A stretch of 64,000 nt of DNA, taken from NCBI GenBank assembly GCA_947463435.1, contig CANHTS010000001.1, positions 3,700-67,699 of the forward strand. Direction: 5' to 3'. Each line of letters begins with the position of its first letter. Position 1 is the first letter of the stretch. The notes under the pieces are model-generated. The model was not told where the DNA came from, ran no database searches, and was given only the letters and a program-made list of their open reading frames with translations. The DNA comes from Flavobacteriales bacterium (GTDB lineage: Bacteria > Bacteroidota > Bacteroidia > NS11-12g > UBA955). The position numbers and the translations under genes were made by a program. Positions 57,384-64,000 of the stretch are shown here, in pieces.

Positions 57384-57881
57384 ATGAACATTGAAAAGAA
57401 CCGCGTGGTGAGCCTTTCCTATACGCTTACCCTTGCCAACGGTGAAGTGGCTGATTCCACGACGGATCAGGATCCCTTCGTATTTATTCACGGAATTGGT
57501 CAGACGCTCGAAGCATTCGACCGCAACCTGGGAGGTTTAAAGGCTGGCGACAGCTTTGAATTTTTGCTCTCAGCAGAAGAAGGTTACGGCGTATCAGACG
57601 CTGAGGCAGTAGTAAGCATCCCTGCCAGCGTATTTCAAGGTCCGGATGTGCCGGAAGGCATTCTTCAGGTAGGTAATATCATACCGATGCAGGATCAGAT
57701 GGGAAATCCCTTGCATGGTCGGGTAATGAGCTTCAACGACGAAGTGGTAACAATGGACTTCAATCATCCGCTGGCCGATCAGAGCTTGAACTTCACAGGC
57801 ACGATCGTAGCGGTACGTGAAGCTTCGGAAGAAGAATTGGATCATGGCCATGTGCATGGCGAGGGTGGGCACCACCATTGA
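57384..57881 (+). CDS. slyD: FKBP-type peptidyl-prolyl isomerase SlyD
   Basis: VVSLSYTL, EEGYG, MDFNHPLA, VREASEEELDHGHVHGEGGHHH. Confidence 0.93.
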   Translation: MNIEKNRVVSLSYTLTLANGEVADSTTDQDPFVFIHGIGQTLEAFDRNLGGLKAGDSFEFLLSAEEGYGVSDAEAVVSIPASVFQGPDVPEGILQVGNIIPMQDQMGNPLHGRVMSFNDEVVTMDFNHPLADQSLNFTGTIVAVREASEEELDHGHVHGEGGHHH

Positions 57882-57906
57882 TTCTGTCAAAGCACAGTAA
57901 CGATTT

Positions 57907-57938
57907 CAGACCTGGCCATAAGCCGGGTCTGTTTGTTT
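57907..57938 (+). terminator. Probable terminator after slyD
   Basis: CAGACCTGGC-cataa-GCCGGGTCTG followed by TTTGTTT (one G-U pair). Confidence 0.7.
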
Positions 57939-58083
57939 AAATCCGGGCTGTACGGCAAGTATTCAATACGAAGGCCGGGAGCTGAATGGGATAAGTTAAA
58001 ACATTCATCAGGATGGGAGAGGGGATGAAGGGGGCCTGTTGCACCAGCCATTAGCATTCAAGAAATCCTATTTTCGCATCGAC

Positions 58084-58560
58084 CTGAAATTTACTGCTTC
58101 TCTTCAGGCACTGCACCTTCCATTTACCAGCAACGGTATTCCCATCCCTGTTGAAATCTGGTCTGCCTTTCCTGCGGGAAAATGGCGCATGCAGGGTGCC
58201 AGGGTATGCCCTTTAATCTGTCACCAAGACCCTTGGCGGATGGCACCAAATTCCTTACCGTTGGTGGCGGACTGAAAAGGCAGCTGAAGATCCAGATCGG
58301 AGATCCGGTCCCGGTAGAATTTGAATTGGTAGATCCTCGAAATCTCCGAAGTGCTGCAATCTGCCCTGGAATCAGATGAACCGGCGATGGCTGTTTGGAA
58401 GCAGTTTGCCATCGGCTTGCAGCGTAGCCTGGTGCATTACGTCAACGCAATAAAAAAACGGAAAGCCAGATAAAAAGAGCACTTGAACTCACCACCAATA
58501 TGAAGTCGGGCAAATACCCGATTGCACGGAAACGAAAGCAGCCGGCTTCAGACTACCCGT
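58084..58560 (+). pseudogene. DUF1905 + YdeI/OmpD-associated family pseudogene
   Basis: Fragments in alternating frames: KFTASL..WRMQG / GMPFNLSPRPLADGTKFLTV..IGDPVPVEFELVD / LEISEVLQSALESDEPA..QRSLVHYVNAIKK / TESQIKRALEL. Shifts near 58197, 58336 and the A7 run at 58452-58458. Confidence 0.75.
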
Positions 58561-59843
58561 ATCAGGAAGTATTGCTTTTTGCCCTTCTGTGCGAGCATAA
58601 AGCGTCCGTGCAATAAATCATGCGCGGTAACTGCCCTGTTTTCGGAACTGATTTTCTCCTTGTTCAGACTAAATCCTCCTGCTGAGATCATCTTGCGCGC
58701 TTCTCCCTTGGATGGGAAAACACTGGTTTCAGCTGCCAGGAAATCGAGGATGTTGATACCGGAAACCAGCCTGTCCTTGCTGATATCAAACGCAGGAACA
58801 CCTTCCAGAGCAGCCAACAGGGTGTCGGGATGGATGCCAGCGAGCTGCGCAGCATCACTGTTGCCGAAAAGTATGGCCGCGGCTCCAATGGCAGCTTCCA
58901 GTTCTTCCGCCCCGTGTACGAGTTTCGTCACCTCGGCAGCCAGTTCCTTTTGCAATATGCGCAAATGCGGCGCCTCTGCATGTTCTGCTTCCAGCGCTTC
59001 AATACGCTGACGATCGAGGAAGGTATAAATACGGATGAAACGCGCAGCATCTTCATCGCTTTGGTTCAGCCAGAACTGGTAGAACGCATACGGACTCGTT
59101 CTGATCGGGTCCAGCCACACATTGCCGCCTTCACTTTTGCCAAACTTTGACCCATCCTTGCGCGTCACCAAAGGCGCTGTGATCGCCCAGCCTTCGCCTC
59201 CCGCCATGCGGCGAATGAGTTCCGTGCCGGTGGTGATATTGCCCCATTGGTCGCTTCCGCCCATCTGCAGCTTGCATCCATGGTGGGTGTACAAATGGTA
59301 GAAGTCATATCCCTGAACCAGTTGATAAGTGAACTCTGTGAAAGACATGCCATTGGTCTCCAACCGGTTCCTTACGCTGTCTTTCGCCATCATGTAGTTC
59401 ACGCTAATATGCTTTCCGACGTCGCGTATGAAACCCAAAAAGCTGAAGTCTTTGAACCAGTCGTAGTTGTTCACCACCTGCGCAGCGCAAGGACCTTCAA
59501 ACTCAAGGAATTTTTCCAACTGCTTGCGTTGGCATTCCACATTGTAGCGAATGGTGCCTTCATCCAGCAGCTTCCGTTCCTCACTTTTCCCGGATGGATC
59601 GCCAACCATGCCGGTGGCACCGCCAACGAGCGCAATCGGCCTATGCCCGGAACGCTGCAGGTGCATGAGCAGGATGATGGGAACCAGGTTGCCGATGTGC
59701 AAACTGCTGGCTGTCGGGTCGAAGCCGATATAGCCGCTTATCTGCTCGCTGCGCAGCTTTTTATCGATGCCGGGCATGCTGTCGTGCAGCAGACCCCGCC
59801 AGCGGAGTTCCTCGATCAGATCGTATTGCGGTCGGAATGACAT
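58548..59843 (-). CDS. tyrS: Tyrosine--tRNA ligase
   Basis: [41 protein letters not shown]4 domain ending KGKKQY; ATG 59843. Confidence 0.97.
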   Translation of the reverse strand: MSFRPQYDLIEELRWRGLLHDSMPGIDKKLRSEQISGYIGFDPTASSLHIGNLVPIILLMHLQRSGHRPIALVGGATGMVGDPSGKSEERKLLDEGTIRYNVECQRKQLEKFLEFEGPCAAQVVNNYDWFKDFSFLGFIRDVGKHISVNYMMAKDSVRNRLETNGMSFTEFTYQLVQGYDFYHLYTHHGCKLQMGGSDQWGNITTGTELIRRMAGGEGWAITAPLVTRKDGSKFGKSEGGNVWLDPIRTSPYAFYQFWLNQSDEDAARFIRIYTFLDRQRIEALEAEHAEAPHLRILQKELAAEVTKLVHGAEELEAAIGAAAILFGNSDAAQLAGIHPDTLLAALEGVPAFDISKDRLVSGINILDFLAAETSVFPSKGEARKMISAGGFSLNKEKISSENRAVTAHDLLHGRFMLAQKGKKQYFLIRVV

Positions 59844-59849
59844 AGGCCG

Positions 59850-59857
59850 CAAAAATA
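59850..59857 (-). promoter_or_regulatory. Bacteroidota -7 element TATTTTTG for tyrS
   Basis: TAnnTTTG match, 6 nt before ATG 59843. Confidence 0.55.
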
Positions 59858-59921
59858 AGCCCCGCTTTCCTGCTTTGCCGTTCCCAATAAGGTAATGATA
59901 TTTGCAACTCCAAAAAAGCCC

Positions 59922-61187
59922 ATGAGTGCCAACGCAGAAAAACAGCACAACCCGCTCGATTCCATGATGCAGCGGTTTGACGAGGCAGCCCGTTTGATGG
60001 GGCTGGACGAAACGGTGATGAACGTACTGAAGGTGCCGGCTAAATCCGTAGCCGTGAACCTGCCCATCACCATGGACGACGGCAGCATCAAAGTCTTCGA
60101 GGGCTTCCGCGTAGTGCACAGCACCCTGCTCGGTCCGAGCAAAGGCGGTGTGCGCTACTCAATGGATGTTCACCAGGATGAAGTGAAAGCACTCGCAGCC
60201 TGGATGACCTGGAAATGCGCAGTCGTAAATATCCCCTACGGCGGTGCCAAAGGCGGTATCAAATGCGATCCCCGCAGCATGAGCAAAGGCGAACTCGAAC
60301 GCCTCACCCGCGCTTACACCCTCGCCTTGAGCGAAATTTTCGGTCCCGATACCGATATCCCCGCTCCCGATATGGGAACCGGCCAACAGGAAATGGCCTG
60401 GATCGTAGACGAATACAGCAAAATCAAAGACCAGAACTCCTGGGGCGTTGTAACTGGTAAACCCCTGATCCTCGGCGGTTCACTCGGCCGTGTGGAAGCA
60501 ACCGGCCGCGGTGTGATGGTGAGCGCGCGCAGCGCCATGGCAAAACTGCAAATGGATCCCACCCAAAGCACCTGCGTGGTGCAGGGTTTCGGTAACGTGG
60601 GCTCCATCTCCGCTAAACTGATCAGCATGCTGGGCGTGAAAATTGTTGGCATCAGCGACGTGAGCGGTGGTTACCATAACCCTGAAGGCATCAATGTGGA
60701 AGAAGCCATCAAATTCGTGCAGAACAATCCGAAACGCACCCTGGAAGGTTTTACCGGCGGAAAGCAGGTTACCAATGCCGAACTGCTGACGCTGCCTTGC
60801 GATATTCTCGTTCCCGCTGCAATGGAAGATCAGATCACCGCGAAAAACGCTGCTGATATCAAGGCAAAACTGATCGTCGAAGGTGCCAATGGCCCGACTA
60901 CAGCCGAAGCCGATCCAATCCTTCAGGAAAAAGGCATCATGGTCGTTCCCGATATCCTGGCCAATGCCGGCGGTGTGACCGTTTCATATTTTGAATGGGT
61001 GCAAAACCGTTTGGGTTACTACTGGACGGAAGAGCGTGTGAATCGCCGTGCCGACCGTGTGATGAAGCAGGCTTTCGATAACGTATACCTCACCGCACAA
61101 AAACACAATACCACCCTGCGCCTGGCTGCCTACATTGTGGCGCTCGACAAGGTGGCCGCTACCTTCCGCATCCGAGGCGGCTTCTGA
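59922..61187 (+). CDS. gdhA: Glu/Leu/Phe/Val dehydrogenase (glutamate dehydrogenase)
   Basis: [57 protein letters not shown]. Confidence 0.93.
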   Translation: MSANAEKQHNPLDSMMQRFDEAARLMGLDETVMNVLKVPAKSVAVNLPITMDDGSIKVFEGFRVVHSTLLGPSKGGVRYSMDVHQDEVKALAAWMTWKCAVVNIPYGGAKGGIKCDPRSMSKGELERLTRAYTLALSEIFGPDTDIPAPDMGTGQQEMAWIVDEYSKIKDQNSWGVVTGKPLILGGSLGRVEATGRGVMVSARSAMAKLQMDPTQSTCVVQGFGNVGSISAKLISMLGVKIVGISDVSGGYHNPEGINVEEAIKFVQNNPKRTLEGFTGGKQVTNAELLTLPCDILVPAAMEDQITAKNAADIKAKLIVEGANGPTTAEADPILQEKGIMVVPDILANAGGVTVSYFEWVQNRLGYYWTEERVNRRADRVMKQAFDNVYLTAQKHNTTLRLAAYIVALDKVAATFRIRGGF

Positions 61188-61197
61188 TTTCGCTGCC

Positions 61198-61851
61198 ATG
61201 TTTCACAAAGAAGGTTACCGCATCATCCTGACTACCACGCTGGCCCTGGCGATTCTCAACGCCGGGCTGTTGTGGGGCCTGGGTGCCAATTGGTTCACTT
61301 ACGGCTTACTGCTCATCTCGCTGGTCTTCTGGGTGCTGGTGCTCCAGTTTTTCAGAAACCCGAAACGAAATACCGTGCTGAATGCACACCATATCATCGC
61401 CCCGGCAGATGGTAAAGTAGTAGTGATAGAGGAAGTGGATGAGCCGGAATATTTCAAAGACAAGCGCCGGCAAATCAGCATCTTTATGTCACCGCTCAAT
61501 GTGCACGTGAACAGGAATCCCATCAGCGGCGTGGTGAAATATGTGCGCTACTATCCGGGTAAATATCTGGTGGCCTGGCATCCAAAAAGCAGCACCGAAA
61601 ACGAACGTACTACCGTAGTAATCGACCAGGGAAGCTATGCCGTGCTGTTCCGCCAGATCGCAGGCGCAGTGGCGCGCCGGATTATCTGGTACTCACGCGA
61701 AGGTCAGGAAGCAAGACAAGGTGCCGATATGGGTTTCATCCGTTTCGGCTCACGTGTCGATGTCTTTGTACCCCTCGATGCAGTAGTGAAAGTGAAGCTG
61801 GGTGATACTATCCGCGGCGGCGAAACAGTCCTCGCCAGCATGCCGGAATAA
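61198..61851 (+). CDS. psd: Phosphatidylserine decarboxylase proenzyme
   Basis: FFRNP, APADGKV, SIFMSPLNVHVNR, ENER, QIAG, FIRFGSRVD (cleavage GS). Confidence 0.93.
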   Translation: MFHKEGYRIILTTTLALAILNAGLLWGLGANWFTYGLLLISLVFWVLVLQFFRNPKRNTVLNAHHIIAPADGKVVVIEEVDEPEYFKDKRRQISIFMSPLNVHVNRNPISGVVKYVRYYPGKYLVAWHPKSSTENERTTVVIDQGSYAVLFRQIAGAVARRIIWYSREGQEARQGADMGFIRFGSRVDVFVPLDAVVKVKLGDTIRGGETVLASMPE

Positions 61852-61868
61852 TTCGCCCGCTGAGCAAA

Positions 61869-62315
61869 TCAGCCGAGCAATTCCTTCACCAGCGCGGAAA
61901 TCAGTTTTCCGTCGGCCTGAGAACCGAATGCCTTCATGGCCGCCGGCATTACTTTGCCCAAATCGCGTGGACCGCTGGCTCCGAGTTCAGCTATAACAGA
62001 CTGGATGCCGCTGCGCAACGTAGCTTCATCGAGCGCCGCAGGGAGGTAGGTGTTGATCACTTCCAGTTCCTCACGTTCCTTTTGAGCCAGGTCTTCACGG
62101 CCGGCTTGCTCGTATTGTTCCAGTGAATCTTTGCGCTGTTTAGCCAGTTTCTGCAGTGCTTTGATGCACAGCTCATCGGTCACTTCCGTTCCACCTTCGG
62201 CAGTTTGCAACAGCAGGAATGCGCTTTTCATGCCACGCAAAGTGCGGAGTTTTACCTCATCGCGTGCTTTCATCGCATTTTTGAGGTCTTCGTTGACACG
62301 GTCTATCAGATGCAT
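61869..62315 (-). CDS. yqeY: GatB/YqeY domain protein
   Basis: [38 protein letters not shown]. Confidence 0.92.
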   Translation of the reverse strand: MHLIDRVNEDLKNAMKARDEVKLRTLRGMKSAFLLLQTAEGGTEVTDELCIKALQKLAKQRKDSLEQYEQAGREDLAQKEREELEVINTYLPAALDEATLRSGIQSVIAELGASGPRDLGKVMPAAMKAFGSQADGKLISALVKELLG

Positions 62316-62529
62316 GCTGCAAAGTAACCGCAGCGGATGGAATTGCGGAATGAAAAATCGGTCATCTGTAAATCGTGGGCGCCTTAGCGCTTTTGTTTCA
62401 CAAGCCTTATCCTGTTTCCTAATCTATTCGCTTTGCTTTTCCAACGGCCCCTGCAGCGATTTACCCCTCAAATCCAGTTTCTCACGCAGCATCCGCTATA
62501 ATCCCCTTAATTTGCAAGTTCCTACCGAT

Positions 62530-63492
62530 ATGGCAGTAACGTATTTCGACTTTGAAAAGCCCTTGCAGGAACTGCAGGAGCAGCTTGATAAAGCCCGTGA
62601 AACCCACGAAAAGGGAAAGGTGGATATGAGCGAACTGATTTCCCAGCTCGAATCCAAAATAGAAGCTACCCGCAAGGAAGTGTACGGAACCCTGAACGGA
62701 TGGCAGAAAGTGCAGATCAGCCGCCACACGGAAAGGCCATACACCCTCGACTATATCGAGAATATCTGCAGCGACTTCGTGGAATTGCACGGTGATCGCA
62801 ACGTGAAAGACGATAAAGCCATGGTCGGCGGTTTTGCCAGCATCGATGGCGAAAGCGTCATGGTGATTGGCCATCAGAAAGGGCGCAATACCAAACAGCG
62901 CCAGTATCGCAACTTCGGCATGCCCAATCCGGAAGGTTACCGCAAAGCCCTGCGCCTCATGAAGCTGGCTGAGAAGTTCAACAGGCCCATCATCACCTTC
63001 ATCGATACACCCGGTGCAAGTCCGGGACTTGAAGCGGAAGAACGGGGGCAAGGGGAAGCCATCGCCCGCAACCTGCTTGAAATGGCTGTGCTGAAGGTGC
63101 CGGTAATCTGCATCGTAATCGGCGAAGGCGCTTCGGGCGGAGCCTTGGGAATCGGAATCGGCGACCGCGTGCTGATGATGGAATACACCTGGTATTCTGT
63201 TATCTCTCCCGAAAGCTGTTCCTCCATCCTTTGGCGCAGTTGGGATTATAAGGAGCGCGCTGCAGAAGCACTGAAACTGTCGGCCCCCGATATGCTGAAG
63301 AATGGGCTGATCGACGGTATCATCGCTGAACCGCTCGGCGGGGCACACAACGACCCGGCCATAGCCTATAAATCAGTCAAAGACGAAATCAGGCGCCAAC
63401 TGAAGGCGCTTAAAACCCTGTCGGCCGACGAACGCATCGAAACACGCATCGACAAGTTCTCTTCGATGGGTGTGGTGATGGATGGCGAGTAA
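62530..63492 (+). CDS. accA: Acetyl-CoA carboxylase carboxyltransferase alpha subunit
   Basis: [60 protein letters not shown] 62530. Confidence 0.96.
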   Translation: MAVTYFDFEKPLQELQEQLDKARETHEKGKVDMSELISQLESKIEATRKEVYGTLNGWQKVQISRHTERPYTLDYIENICSDFVELHGDRNVKDDKAMVGGFASIDGESVMVIGHQKGRNTKQRQYRNFGMPNPEGYRKALRLMKLAEKFNRPIITFIDTPGASPGLEAEERGQGEAIARNLLEMAVLKVPVICIVIGEGASGGALGIGIGDRVLMMEYTWYSVISPESCSSILWRSWDYKERAAEALKLSAPDMLKNGLIDGIIAEPLGGAHNDPAIAYKSVKDEIRRQLKALKTLSADERIETRIDKFSSMGVVMDGE

Positions 63493-63495
63493 AGC

Positions 63496-64000
63496 CTACA
63501 GCGGCTTGCCGGATATAACCTCACACGAAAGCGGACCGGCATTGAAAATGATATCCAGAATACTGATCCTTTCGCTGAAGGGATAAAGCTCCGTGAACCG
63601 CTGGCCGTAGTCGTAAGCGAGAACCGGCAGTTCTGGCCATATTCCGGCATAATCAGCTATCTGCTGAGCCGGTTCAAGATTCAAGACGCGTCTGCAAAAG
63701 GCGTCGGCGGCTTCGCACAGGGCAATAAAGCATTGTGTTGATTCCAATACTTCGGCAAGCAGATAATCGTAATAGGGATAAAAAGGAGCAGTACCGTAGG
63801 CCGTTCGTATGGCCTGCAACGTTTCCCGTTTCCATTTCTCAGGGTCGGCAATTTGCCCCGGGCGTTTTTTTTCAAGGGGAATGCGAAGCGTCTGGATACC
63901 ATTCGGTCCGCGCAGCAAGGTTTGCCTGGCCGCAGGATATTGGGCCGGATTCACACCTGCGCATGCGTACCCTCGCTGCGCCAGCGTATACCAACCTGCT
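63496..64000 (-). CDS. WbqC-like family protein (5' end probably beyond the window)
   Basis: GPNG.Q.L.IP, W....QAIRTAYGTAPFY.YY, SILDIIFNAGP; the frame stays open to the window end. Confidence 0.75.
   Translation of the reverse strand, partial: AGWYTLAQRGYACAGVNPAQYPAARQTLLRGPNGIQTLRIPLEKKRPGQIADPEKWKRETLQAIRTAYGTAPFYPYYDYLLAEVLESTQCFIALCEAADAFCRRVLNLEPAQQIADYAGIWPELPVLAYDYGQRFTELYPFSERISILDIIFNAGPLSCEVISGKPL

Noticed and set aside
59844..60119. N-terminal extension of tyrS in the ORF track
   Set aside because: It overlaps the divergent dehydrogenase gene; homology and a -7 box support ATG 59843. Similar over-extensions were trimmed for accA, frr, tatA, the SDR and the photolyase.
1..64000. 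tRNA, rRNA, riboswitch, prophage, retron or DGR
   Set aside because: No matching sequence, reverse transcriptase or phage gene recognised by eye; an Infernal/Rfam and tRNAscan run would be needed to exclude small RNAs.

Overview
A 64-kb, mostly chromosomal-core segment of a fairly GC-rich Bacteroidota genome. The assignment rests on T9SS C-terminal sorting domains, a PorV-family barrel, DUF2795 and TAnnTTTG -7 promoter boxes. Housekeeping genes (menA, menC, comA-like, gatA, tatA, frr, slyD, tyrS, glutamate dehydrogenase, psd, accA, several peptidases) alternate with a dense set of T9SS cargo: a ~3,400-aa SBBP/PKD/SprB adhesin, a Calx-beta protein, two tandem paralogous beta-solenoid-like proteins, a PCMD-like protein and a DUF1800/DUF1501 pair. 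I saw no rRNA, tRNA, CRISPR array, transposase or phage genes. The most notable signals are: (i) an identical TGTAG-N8-CTACA palindrome at the same position upstream of both tandem T9SS paralogs, which differ by one ~200-aa module; (ii) a ~111-bp stem-loop repeat array upstream of the giant adhesin, with a solo copy 22 kb away beside a low-GC DUF1016/YhcG nuclease gene that lacks a canonical start; (iii) an MltD-like LysM protein with all three lytic-transglycosylase motifs degenerate; (iv) a low-GC PKD block inside the giant adhesin; (v) a Tat-signal plus T9SS-CTD DUF1501 protein; (vi) small ORFs and a frameshifted pseudogene missing from the ORF track. All family calls come from motif recognition by eye; no database search was run.
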